Assembly: GCA_964480735.1 (NCBI GenBank)
Contig: CAYZQS010000003.1
Span: 14,490 to 69,644, forward strand
From: an uncultured Rhodobacterales bacterium
Lineage (GTDB): Bacteria > Pseudomonadota > Alphaproteobacteria > Rhodobacterales > Rhodobacteraceae
DNA length: 55,155 nt
Direction: 5' to 3'
In this document: positions 8,469-17,026 of the stretch, piece by piece
Position numbering within the stretch: the first letter of the stretch is position 1
Layout: every line of letters begins with the position of its first letter
Position numbers and translations under genes: made by a program
Notes under the pieces: model-generated
The model's database searches: none
The model's input: the letters and a program-made list of their open reading frames with translations, nothing else
Told to the model about the DNA's origin: nothing

Positions 8469-9926
8469 ATGACAATTGCCGCAGATACGTTTTTTTTGGA
8501 TCCGGCGTTTCAGGGATCCTTGCAAAGCCAGATACAACAGATCGTGGCTGCGGCTATTTTATCGGGCCGGTTTTTGCCCGCGGAAAAGCTGCCGTCGTCG
8601 CGAAAACTGGCGTCCCATCTGGGCGTTTCCCGCATTACCGTGACGCTGGCCTATAACGAGCTTGTGGCAGATGATTATCTGAGAGCGAAAGATAAATCCG
8701 GATATTTCGTTTCAGAAACCGCACCGACGTCGCCCCTTAGCAGCGCAGATTTTGTAACGCCGACTGACACCGTTGATTGGGACCGGGTGATGCACCGCCG
8801 GTTTACCGGCTCGCGACAGGTGGCAAAGCGCCCCGACTGGCGGCAGTTTCCCTATCCGTTTATTTATGGTCAGGCTGATCCTGACCTGTTTCACCAATCA
8901 AACTGGCGGCTTTGCGCGCTGGAGGCGCTTGGGAAAAAACAATTTGACAGCCTGACCGTTGACTACGCCGAAAGAGACGATCCAGAGCTGATAGATTTTA
9001 TTGCCAGGCACACGCTGCCGCGTCGTGGTATTCTGGCGCGGCCAGAGCAGATACTGGTGACGGTCGGTGCACAAAACGCGCTGTGGATGGTAGCGCAGAT
9101 ATTGCTGGGCGCGGGGCGGTTGGCGGTTTGTGAAAACCCCGGGTATCCGGGATTGCGGGATATTTTGAACCACGCCGGATGCCGCAAATACATGGTTGAC
9201 GTTGATGACGACGGATTGCCCCCGGACATGCTGCCAAAGCAAATGGACGTGGTGTTCACCACGCCAAGCCACCAGTGCCCCACCACGGCCACCATGCCGA
9301 TGGAGCGCCGCCGCGAATTGCTGCGGCTGGCGGAAGAAAGGGATTTTCTGATCGTCGAGGATGACTACGAATTTGAGATGAGCTTTTTAAAAACACCGTC
9401 ACCGGCGCTAAAATCACTGGACCGGGACGGGCGGGTGATCTACGTCGGCAGTTTTTCGAAATCGCTGTTTCCGGGGCTGCGGCTGGGTTATCTGGTGGCT
9501 TCTGAGGCTTTCGTACGGCAGGCGCGGGCGTTGCGCGCCGCGGTTTTACGACACCCACCAGGCCATATGCAGCGGACCACGGCGTTTTTTCTGGCCCGCG
9601 GGCATTACGACGCGATGATCAAAACCATGCGCGATGCGTTTCACGAACGTCGAAAAGTCATGGATAACGCGCTGCGTCAGTCCGGCCTTTATATTGCCGG
9701 AAAGGCGGTTTTTGGCGGCTCCAGCATCTGGATCAGGGGGCCGGACGGAATGCGGGCTGATGATCTGGCGCAGGCGTTGCAGCATAGGGGCGTGTTGATT
9801 GAGCCGGGCACACCTTTTTTTGCGGGGCATGATGCGCCTGAAAATTATTTTCGGCTTGCGTATTCGTCGATCGCGGCAAAACGCATTCCGGAAGGCGTGT
9901 CGCGGATTGCCTCTGCGTTGGCGTGA
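8469..9926 (+). CDS. tauR: MocR-subfamily GntR regulator (wHTH + PLP aminotransferase-like domain), TauR-like
   Basis: N-terminal wHTH (LPSSRKLASHLGVSRITVTLAYNELVADDYL), an aminotransferase fold with SFSKSL (PLP lysine), and a position immediately upstream of xsc-pta. Confidence 0.7.
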   Translation: MTIAADTFFLDPAFQGSLQSQIQQIVAAAILSGRFLPAEKLPSSRKLASHLGVSRITVTLAYNELVADDYLRAKDKSGYFVSETAPTSPLSSADFVTPTDTVDWDRVMHRRFTGSRQVAKRPDWRQFPYPFIYGQADPDLFHQSNWRLCALEALGKKQFDSLTVDYAERDDPELIDFIARHTLPRRGILARPEQILVTVGAQNALWMVAQILLGAGRLAVCENPGYPGLRDILNHAGCRKYMVDVDDDGLPPDMLPKQMDVVFTTPSHQCPTTATMPMERRRELLRLAEERDFLIVEDDYEFEMSFLKTPSPALKSLDRDGRVIYVGSFSKSLFPGLRLGYLVASEAFVRQARALRAAVLRHPPGHMQRTTAFFLARGHYDAMIKTMRDAFHERRKVMDNALRQSGLYIAGKAVFGGSSIWIRGPDGMRADDLAQALQHRGVLIEPGTPFFAGHDAPENYFRLAYSSIAAKRIPEGVSRIASALA

Positions 9927-9984
9927 ATGGAAAGTTTGGGCGCAGCACCAGAGCAGGTTTTTCCTGGCATCTGACACAGTTTTG

Positions 9985-10192
9985 CGACTGAGTTCCGGAA
10001 TTCTAGAATTCTGGAAGTCCGGACTTCCGGACTTCTGGAATACTGGAATACCGGAATACTGAAATACTGGACTTCCGGAATTCCGGAATTCTGGAAGACC
10101 GGAGGTTCAAAAGACCGGTAGACCAGATTTCTGGAAGACCGGAATTCCAGAAAACTGGTGTGCCGGGACCTTGGAATTTGAAAATACTGCAA
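9985..10192. repeat. Tandem array of ~25 degenerate 8-bp palindromic units, consensus TTCCGGAA
   Basis: From 9993 the sequence parses without indels as TTCCGGAA TTCTAGAA TTCTGGAA GTCCGGAC TTCCGGAC TTCTGGAA TACTGGAA TACCGGAA TACTGAAA TACTGGAC TTCCGGAA TTCCGGAA TTCTGGAA GACCGGAG GTTCAAAA GACCGGTA GACCAGAT TTCTGGAA GACCGGAA TTCCAGAA AACTGGTG TGCCGGGA CCTTGGAA TTTGAAAA. Confidence 0.95.
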
Positions 10193-10624
10193 CTTTCAAA
10201 TCACCAAATCAGCGTGACACCGAACGTCCAAATGACCGGCGTGCCAAAGCGTGCCGAACAGTATTCATCGCGGAGGTTTTCCAAATGCGGCCACTCATTG
10301 ATTTTGGGTTTGTTTAGCGGATCAACCAAAGTGATCTGTGTTTATTCCAACGCACTGCGGTTTCGTAAAACGTGTCGGTGTATGGGCAAGCTGTTTGTTC
10401 AAGTCCCGGCGGCTTTTTCAGGAAAAAACTTCCCTGATCGAATGCTATTGTTCCAGACCCAAAGCCAAATGGGAGTTCTGGATATAAAAGCCCCACATAT
10501 CTGGCCCTATCGCATCTTGATCCGCTGTCGCATAACATCGCCGCAAGGTCCGATCAGAGGCCTTGTTTTTGCTGCCTGTGCGCCTTCGCATCACCAGTTT
10601 TTGCCAATTAAGGATACCCACCCC

Positions 10625-12403
10625 ATGAAAATGACCACCGAGGAAGCCTTTGTTAAAGTTCTGCAAATGCACGGTATCGACAACGCTTTTGGCATAATTG
10701 GGTCGGCCTTCATGCCGATCTCGGACTATTTTCCAAAGGCGGGCATCACATTTTGGGATTGTGCCCATGAATATTCCGGCGGCATGATGGCCGATGGCTT
10801 TGCCCGCGCAACCGGCAAGATGTGCGTCGCCATTGCCCAAAACGGCCCCGGCATCGCCAATTTTGTCACGCCGATCAAAACCGCTTATTGGAACCACACG
10901 CCGATGCTGCTGGTCACGCCGCAGGGTGCAAACAAAACGATGGGGCAGGGTGGCTTTCAGGAAGTGCCGCAAATGAACATGTTCGCGGATTGCGTGGCCT
11001 ATCAGGAAGAAGTGCGCGATCCTTCCCGCATGGCCGAAGTGCTGAACCGGGTGATCTTGCAGGCAAAGCGGCTGTGCGCTCCGGCCCAGATCAACGTTCC
11101 GCGCGATTACTGGACGCAGGTGATCGACATTGACCTGCCGGCGATTGTGGAGTTTGAGCGCCCTTCCGGTGGCACCGACGCCATAGCGGCTGCCGCTGAT
11201 TTGCTGTCAAATGCCAAGTTTCCCGTCGTCCTGAACGGTGCGGGCGTGGTCATTGGCGGTGCGATTGCCGCCACGCAAGCCCTTGCCGAACGTCTGGATG
11301 CGCCGGTGTGCTGCGGCTACCAGCACAATGATGCTTTCCCCGGCAGCCATCCGCTGTTTGCCGGGCCGCTGGGTTATAACGGCTCTAAGGCCGGGATGGA
11401 GCTGATCTCAAGGGCCGACGTGGTGCTGGCGCTTGGCACCCGTTTGAACCCGTTTTCCACCCTGCCGGGATACGGCATCGATTACTGGCCAACAAAGGCC
11501 AAAGTCATTCAGGTGGATATTAATCCTGACCGGATCGGCCTGACCAAACCGGTCAGCGTCGGTATCGTTGGCGACGCCAAAGCGGTGGCCACGCAGATAC
11601 TTGATCAATTGGCGGACACCGCCGGTGACGCGGGTCGTTCAGACCGCAAAGCCCTGATCGCCAAAACAAAATCGGCATGGGCGCAGACCCTGACGTCGAT
11701 GGATCACGAAGAAGACGACGACGGAACAACCTGGAACCAGCGCGCACGGGACGCCAAGCCCGATCACATGTCCCCGCGCAAGGCGTGGCGTGCCATTCAG
11801 GCGGCTTTGCCGAAAGAAGCCATCATCAGTTCTGACATCGGCAACGCCTGCGCCATCGGCAACGCCTATCCCAGTTTTGAAGAAGGGCGCAAATATCTGG
11901 CCCCCGGCCTGTTTGGCCCCTGCGGGTACAGTTTTCCGGCCATTTTAGGTGCCAAAATTGGCCGTCCCGACACACCGGTTGTGGGCTTCGCCGGAGACGG
12001 TGCCTTTGGGATTTCCATGAACGAGATGACCGCCTGCGGGCGGGATGACTGGCCCGCGATCACCATGCTGATCTTTCGCAATTACCAGTGGGGGGCTGAA
12101 AAACGCAACACAACGCTTTGGTACAACGACAACTTTGTCGGAACAGAGCTGGATTACAACGTGTCATACGCGGGCATTGCCGAGGCCTGTGGCGTCAAAG
12201 GTGTTGTCGCTACATCAATGGACGGCCTGACCGATGCCCTGAACGCGGCGGTCAAGGCGCAGATGCAGGAAAATCAGACCACGTTCATCGAGGTGATGCT
12301 CAATCAGGAACTGGGCGAACCCTTTCGGCGTGACGCCATGAAAACGCCGGTGGAGGTGGCCGGTATAAACTCTAAAGATATGCAAAGCCAAAGCGCGGTT
12401 TGA
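10625..12403 (+). CDS. xsc: Sulfoacetaldehyde acetyltransferase (ThDP-dependent)
   Basis: ATG 10625 after AAGGA. The N-terminus MKMTTEEAFVKVLQMHGIDNAFGIIGSAFMPISDYFPKAGITFWDCAHE is characteristic of Xsc. It is 592 aa and is followed by pta. The in-frame upstream extension to 10160 is rejected. Confidence 0.9.
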   Translation: MKMTTEEAFVKVLQMHGIDNAFGIIGSAFMPISDYFPKAGITFWDCAHEYSGGMMADGFARATGKMCVAIAQNGPGIANFVTPIKTAYWNHTPMLLVTPQGANKTMGQGGFQEVPQMNMFADCVAYQEEVRDPSRMAEVLNRVILQAKRLCAPAQINVPRDYWTQVIDIDLPAIVEFERPSGGTDAIAAAADLLSNAKFPVVLNGAGVVIGGAIAATQALAERLDAPVCCGYQHNDAFPGSHPLFAGPLGYNGSKAGMELISRADVVLALGTRLNPFSTLPGYGIDYWPTKAKVIQVDINPDRIGLTKPVSVGIVGDAKAVATQILDQLADTAGDAGRSDRKALIAKTKSAWAQTLTSMDHEEDDDGTTWNQRARDAKPDHMSPRKAWRAIQAALPKEAIISSDIGNACAIGNAYPSFEEGRKYLAPGLFGPCGYSFPAILGAKIGRPDTPVVGFAGDGAFGISMNEMTACGRDDWPAITMLIFRNYQWGAEKRNTTLWYNDNFVGTELDYNVSYAGIAEACGVKGVVATSMDGLTDALNAAVKAQMQENQTTFIEVMLNQELGEPFRRDAMKTPVEVAGINSKDMQSQSAV

Positions 12404-12491
12404 TCCTTGCGTTAATGTCTGTTTCGGCACTAGAATCTGACCTGTTCGCTTGCTTTGACGGCGGACAGGTTAATCGTCGCGGGGGCTGAAT

Positions 12492-13448
12492 TTGAAATCT
12501 GACAATTCGCCCTTTCTAAGCAAGTCAAAACCTGTCTGCCCGCCGGAATTGCTGCAAAAAGCGCAAGCCTTGCCGCCGTCTGTTGTCGCCATTGCCGGGG
12601 CCGACGCAAAATTGCCAATGTCAGCCGCAAAAGAGGCAACCGATGCTGGCATCATGAAGCCGCTTTTCACCGGCAATTTAGATGAAATTCAACGCCTAGC
12701 AGATGATCTGGCTTGGGATATCAGCCGGTACAAGTTGATTAATACCAAGGGCGAAGAAAGCGCTGCCGCCGCCGCAGCACAAGTTTGCGGACAGGGGCAG
12801 GCCGACGTAATGATGAAAGGTCAGGTGCATACCGACACGTTTGTGCGGGCCGCGCTAAGCCGCGAATACGGACTGCGAACCGATCAAAAACTGGTGCATA
12901 TCTTCCACATCACCGCGCCTGGCGGGGGCAGGCCGCTGCTGCTCACCGACGCAGCCGTAAATGTTAATCCAACGATTGAAACCCTTCAGATTGCAACCCG
13001 TGCGGCCGTGACGATGTCACGCACTTTGGGAACCGTCAAACCGAGCGTTGCTTTCCTGTCAGCAACCGAATCGCCGATCCCCTCGGTGCCAAGCGCTGTG
13101 GCGGCCCGAGAATTATCCAACTGGGCGAAGGCCAATATTGCCGATTCGGAGTTCAGCGGACCGCTGGCCTTTGATCTGATCCTGTCCAAACAGGCCGCCG
13201 GAATAAAAAATATGGGGGATGATCCGGTGGCCGGAGCTGCGGATATTATTGTGGTTCCGGATATCGTTTCCGGCAATTCAATTTTCAAGGCGCTGGTCTA
13301 TTTGTCCGGCGGATGCGCGGCCGGTATTGTCACGGGTGCCGCCGTTCCGCTGTTGCTGACCAGCCGGGCGGACACGGCGGCTGCGCGTCTGGCCTCTGTG
13401 GCGCTGGCCGGAATAATGGCAGCCAAAAAAGAACCGCCCGGTGGCTGA
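12492..13448 (+). CDS. pta: Phosphate acetyltransferase (PTA_PTB family) partner of Xsc
   Basis: 318 aa with a phosphate acetyl/butyryl transferase pattern and conserved xsc-pta synteny. The TTG start as listed is uncertain. Confidence 0.8.
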   Translation: MKSDNSPFLSKSKPVCPPELLQKAQALPPSVVAIAGADAKLPMSAAKEATDAGIMKPLFTGNLDEIQRLADDLAWDISRYKLINTKGEESAAAAAAQVCGQGQADVMMKGQVHTDTFVRAALSREYGLRTDQKLVHIFHITAPGGGRPLLLTDAAVNVNPTIETLQIATRAAVTMSRTLGTVKPSVAFLSATESPIPSVPSAVAARELSNWAKANIADSEFSGPLAFDLILSKQAAGIKNMGDDPVAGAADIIVVPDIVSGNSIFKALVYLSGGCAAGIVTGAAVPLLLTSRADTAAARLASVALAGIMAAKKEPPGG

Positions 13449-13502
13449 CCTTCATCGTCAACGCAACGGGCGGTGGTATTAAAGTCTTACTAAATCAGTG
13501 AT

Positions 13503-13865
13503 TTAGTTGTTTATTTCCCAGACTTCCGCGTCGCAAATCGCCCCGCCAACCATGCAACCTTCGATTTTCAACTGTTTGGACGTCATGATCACTGTGCCGT
13601 CAAACGTCAGAAACTTCGGCATGTCAGGGTGCTTCATGTTTGGTCCGGCCCACGTGCCGTCGGCCTGTTTTTCCATGCCGTGACACATTTCAAATCCGTC
13701 GCTGACCCGCGTACAGGTCAGACCATCGGCGCCATCAACAACCGCAATGACCTGATCGCCCTTACGCAGCCAGGATGTTTCCTGAGCAACCACCGCTGTG
13801 GACGCCATAAGACCCGCGCCAAATACCAGGGCCGTGCCCGCTACCATTATTTTATTCATTTTCAA
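13503..13865 (-). CDS. Small secreted protein, DUF2147-like
   Basis: Signal peptide MKMNKIMVAGTALVFGAGLMASTAVVA. The C-terminal pattern W.G...P......F.G.V.....L.IEGC....IC....W resembles DUF2147. Confidence 0.45.
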   Translation of the reverse strand: MKMNKIMVAGTALVFGAGLMASTAVVAQETSWLRKGDQVIAVVDGADGLTCTRVSDGFEMCHGMEKQADGTWAGPNMKHPDMPKFLTFDGTVIMTSKQLKIEGCMVGGAICDAEVWEINN

Positions 13866-13938
13866 CTCCCTTGAAGGATTATCTGTCAGTGGGGGGAGCT
13901 TATATTAGCAAACGCTAAAATGCAAATAACTGCATGTG

Positions 13939-13962
13939 TCCGGGCTGTCAAAACAGCCCGGA
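13939..13962. terminator. Rho-independent-type hairpin downstream of the membrane-protein gene
   Basis: TCCGGGCTG / CAGCCCGGA is a 9-bp stem with a 6-nt loop, flanked by T-rich sequence on both strands (TATTGTTCATTTTATT on plus, TTATTTGCATTTTA on minus). Confidence 0.5.
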
Positions 13963-14017
13963 TATTGTTCATTTTATTGCAGCGGCAAATTTGGATTTCA
14001 ACCCAATGCCGGGCACA

Positions 14018-14449
14018 TCAGGCGGTTTCAACCTTGTTTTCAAGCGACGCTGCAACCAGCCCCATAACCGCGCCAAAAACGATGTGCAGCATCAGCGTCA
14101 TGCCAATCCCCATCATGCCAAATTTTATGCCAAAAAAGCCGCCACCGGCCATTGGCATAACAACCACCATCATCATGACCCAAGCGGCCAGACCGACCAC
14201 AACGCCTTTGCCCAGCTGCGAACCGCCGGGAATTGAATCATTGGCCAGCGCATAGATACCGCCCCATGCAATGGAGCCGATCATGAAATGGGCCACCCAG
14301 CCCACAATTGCGGGCATTCCCATCATCGCGCTCAGCATGATGATAATGTCCATCTCGGGCATGATACCCATCATATTTTTCATCACGAAAACCACTGCCA
14401 GAACTGCTGAACCGACAAAGCCTCCGATTATCCCGTTTTTCAGTGTCAT
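14018..14449 (-). CDS. Met/Gly-rich integral membrane protein (about 4 TM), family not recognised
   Basis: 143 aa, strongly hydrophobic, with many Met clusters (MMGMPAIVGW, VMMMVVVMPMAGGG, FGMMGIGMTLML). Confidence 0.6.
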   Translation of the reverse strand: MTLKNGIIGGFVGSAVLAVVFVMKNMMGIMPEMDIIIMLSAMMGMPAIVGWVAHFMIGSIAWGGIYALANDSIPGGSQLGKGVVVGLAAWVMMMVVVMPMAGGGFFGIKFGMMGIGMTLMLHIVFGAVMGLVAASLENKVETA

Positions 14450-14517
14450 TGGGCCTTCTCCTTTTAGTATGCGCGGCCAAAGTCAGGCAATTGCGCTTTT
14501 TGTTAAAACGGCGGCCC

Positions 14518-14775
14518 TCACTTTTTCTTTTTGTGAAAGGCCGCCATTAGTTCCGGAGACACCTTGCTGTCCGAAGTTTTACCGAAACTCTGATGGATCA
14601 GCAGATTGGCCTGTTTTGTCTGCCTGACAAAATTATTGCAGTTGTTGCACATCAAAACATGCAACCAAATCCTGACCCGGCTTAATCTTGAAAGCTTTTT
14701 GTCAGAATAATCCTGCGCCTTTTCGCAAACGTCCCGGCAGGTCATCATAGCGGTGTTTCCTTTTGTTCTCGGCAA
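14518..14775 (-). CDS. ZAS-type (zf-HC2) anti-sigma factor, short form
   Basis: H-x3-C-x2-C motif (HVLMCNNC) plus an upstream Cys (MTCRDVCE). It lies directly downstream of the ECF sigma gene. The start could be M10 (14748). Confidence 0.65.
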   Translation of the reverse strand: MPRTKGNTAMMTCRDVCEKAQDYSDKKLSRLSRVRIWLHVLMCNNCNNFVRQTKQANLLIHQSFGKTSDSKVSPELMAAFHKKKK

Positions 14776-14836
14776 TCGCTTTTGCGTGCCGATATGTTAA
14801 AGACTCAGCAGACGCGGTTTCGTTACAGTATTTTCA

Positions 14837-15439
14837 TTATTTTATTTCCGCTTCAAGAATTCGGCGGATTTGTTCGCGGGCGCGGAACAAATGAACCCGC
14901 ACATTGCCCTCTGAAATTTCCAGCATAGCAGCAATTTCACGCGACGACAGTTTTTCGCGGGACAAAAGGCTTAGAATTGCGGCCTGAACTTTTGGCAGCT
15001 GATCTATGGCGTCACGCACGATGTCCCATGTTTGCTTGCCGCCCAAAATGCGCTCTGGCGTGATTTCCTCCCACAAAACATGCGGGTCAATCCAGTTGCC
15101 GGCCGCATTGAACATGTCATCAAAGTCTTGCGTAATCTGGTCCTTGGTGTCGGGTTGCAATTCCAGATGTTGAAACCTGCCGTCCTGTTTTGCACGGGTC
15201 CGCGCCTTGTTGGCAAGAATGGCAAATATCCAGTTTTTAAGCGAGGCGCGCCCGTCAAAACTGTCAAGCTTTGCAACAACCGCCATCCAGGTGTCCTGCG
15301 TGACCTCCTCGCCGGTTGCCCGGTTTCCGACCAGCGCTGTGGCAACCCGAACCATAGACGGGTTCAGATCGCCATAAATTTCCCCAAAAGCACCCTCGTC
15401 GCCACCCTTCAGCCGACGAAGCAACGCACGCTCTGCCAT
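14837..15439 (-). CDS. ECF RNA polymerase sigma factor
   Basis: Start moved to ATG 15439 (MAERALLRRL). Region 2 (GEEVTQDTWMAVV, WIFAILANKAR) and region 4 (QAAILSLLSREKLSSREIAAMLEISEGNVRVHLFRAR). Confidence 0.85.
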   Translation of the reverse strand: MAERALLRRLKGGDEGAFGEIYGDLNPSMVRVATALVGNRATGEEVTQDTWMAVVAKLDSFDGRASLKNWIFAILANKARTRAKQDGRFQHLELQPDTKDQITQDFDDMFNAAGNWIDPHVLWEEITPERILGGKQTWDIVRDAIDQLPKVQAAILSLLSREKLSSREIAAMLEISEGNVRVHLFRAREQIRRILEAEIK

Positions 15440-15725
15440 ACTCGCCCCCCGTTCAAGACTGTATGCGCAGAAGCGGGAAACCGTAAGGGTGGATTTGGCG
15501 TATGCCTTGGCTGGGGTTATCATTTAAAATCCGGCCTTGGATGCGTCCTGCCCCAGCGCCTCGGTTACTGACAAAACGGCCTTTGGATTTCGGTCATGGT
15601 TCGAAATCAGCTGCACCCAGCCTGTCTGAACGACTCCACATCGCAATTCTCAGTTCTGCCAGAACTGCGGACTTACGCATCCCTCAGCGAATGACCGGCA
15701 AGTGGAATAATGTTCTGATCACCGG

Positions 15726-15754
15726 TTGACAAATCAAACAGTGCAATATATCTA
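15726..15754 (+). promoter_or_regulatory. Candidate sigma-70 promoter of the SRPBCC-TetR-SDR operon
   Basis: TTGACA (15726-15731), a 17-nt spacer, then TATCTA (15749-15754), about 40 nt before the ATG at 15796. Confidence 0.4.
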
Positions 15755-15797
15755 ACAATCGATAGATAAAATCAAACAATCGAAAGATAGATAAAAT
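15755..15797 (+). repeat. Tandem direct repeat ACAATCGA(AAGA)TAGATAAAAT x2 between the promoter and the start codon
   Basis: 15755-15772 is ACAATCGATAGATAAAAT and 15776-15797 is ACAATCGAAAGATAGATAAAAT. AAATCAAACA also occurs twice (15731, 15769). Confidence 0.8.
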
Positions 15798-16323
15798 GAA
15801 ACTCTCCACACACACAATCACCGTAAAGGCTTCAGCCGCTCATGCCTGGAAAATCATTGGCGAAGACTTTGTTCACGTTGACCGCTGGATGGCTGCCAAC
15901 CCAACTGCCGACACGATTTCTGGTGCGGCCCTTCCCGGTGCCCCGGCAAAAGGCCGCAATTCCTACCTGATCAAAAAGTTTCAGCCCGTGTATCAAGAGG
16001 AAGTCATCACCGCCTATAGCGACGCCAAACGCAGCGTTTCCACGCGGGTTACCCTGCGCAATACCCCCCGATTGCTGCCAATGCTTGGGTACATTGCGAC
16101 GGTGGATGTGAAAGCCGACGGTGACGAAGAATGCACAATCACCTACACCGGCCAAGCCACCACAAAGTGGTTCAGCGCACCCATGAAGGGCATGTTAACC
16201 AAGAGCTTGGACGCCGGCTTTTTGCGCGGTCTTGAAGAGCTGTGCCATTACATCCAAACCGGCGAACCACATCCAAGAAAGGTCGAAAAAGTCAATTCCG
16301 AAGCCGCCTTGGCGGCAGCCTGA
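15796..16323 (+). CDS. SRPBCC-superfamily protein (polyketide cyclase/dehydrase-like)
   Basis: 175 aa. Called by family resemblance only. Confidence 0.5.
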   Translation: MKLSTHTITVKASAAHAWKIIGEDFVHVDRWMAANPTADTISGAALPGAPAKGRNSYLIKKFQPVYQEEVITAYSDAKRSVSTRVTLRNTPRLLPMLGYIATVDVKADGDEECTITYTGQATTKWFSAPMKGMLTKSLDAGFLRGLEELCHYIQTGEPHPRKVEKVNSEAALAAA

Positions 16324-16346
16324 TAAACTGACCATCTGGTGTCACT

Positions 16347-16958
16347 GTGATCAAAGGAAAAGCCATCAAAGACGTCTCAATAAAATCGCGCCTGATCGAG
16401 GCCGGGAAATCCATGTTCGCGGAGCGGGGTTTTAATGGCGCGTCGGTCCGTGAGATATGCAAAATGGCCGACGCCAGCTCTACCATGATCCACCACTATT
16501 TTGGCTCAAAAGAGGGGCTTTACAACGCGATCATCGAGGAATTCACATCAACCACGTTCGATGTACCCCTGCGATTGATCGACAAGCCGCCCAGGACACA
16601 GGAAGAGTTCATTTTGCGTCTTGAAATGTTCATTTCCGAGACGTTTCGCGCCCTGTCAGCCCAAGCGCCGGTGTTTCGGATCATTGCACGCGAAGCCAGA
16701 CAATATGTTGGTACATCAAAATTTCACGATGGGTTTTCAAATTACCTAAGCGCTGCCCAAAACGCCGGGTTTGTGAGCGCTGATCTAAAAATAGAACTGG
16801 TCACAGGGCTCGTGCTCGACCGCCTTGGTGGGCAGATTATGTACGCATCCAAGATGCAGGACGACCGCCCCAACGTGCTGAATGATGAGGCCTATGCCAA
16901 AGAATGGCTGAACGCCAATACCACTGTTTTGATCCACGGTTTGGGCGGTCGCCCTTAG
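16347..16958 (+). CDS. TetR-family transcriptional regulator
   Basis: N-terminal HTH (RLIEAGKSMFAERGFNGASVREICKMADASSTMIHHYFGSKEGLY), with a GTG start. Confidence 0.85.
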   Translation: MIKGKAIKDVSIKSRLIEAGKSMFAERGFNGASVREICKMADASSTMIHHYFGSKEGLYNAIIEEFTSTTFDVPLRLIDKPPRTQEEFILRLEMFISETFRALSAQAPVFRIIAREARQYVGTSKFHDGFSNYLSAAQNAGFVSADLKIELVTGLVLDRLGGQIMYASKMQDDRPNVLNDEAYAKEWLNANTTVLIHGLGGRP

Positions 16959-17026
16959 TCCGGATCCAACACACGCAGTTTATGCCCAAAATCGGCGCGA
17001 AATACCTCTTTTGAAAGGAAAGACCA

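Noticed and set aside
9799-10192. ORFs 9799-10062 (+) and 9845-10192 (-) with quasi-repetitive peptides (FWNTGIPEY, FQNSGIPEV...).
   Set aside because: They are translations of an 8-bp tandem repeat. The period is not a multiple of 3, so the peptide periodicity is an artefact.
9985-10192. CRISPR array hypothesis for the octamer arrays (also 52448-52559).
   Set aside because: The units are contiguous 8-mers with no spacers, there are no cas genes, and the repeat length is far below CRISPR repeats.
10160-10624. In-frame 155-codon N-terminal extension of the xsc ORF (listed start 10160).
   Set aside because: The extension begins inside the octamer array and has no protein-like composition. Xsc homologues start at MKMTTEE, and ATG 10625 has an AAGGA ribosome-binding site.
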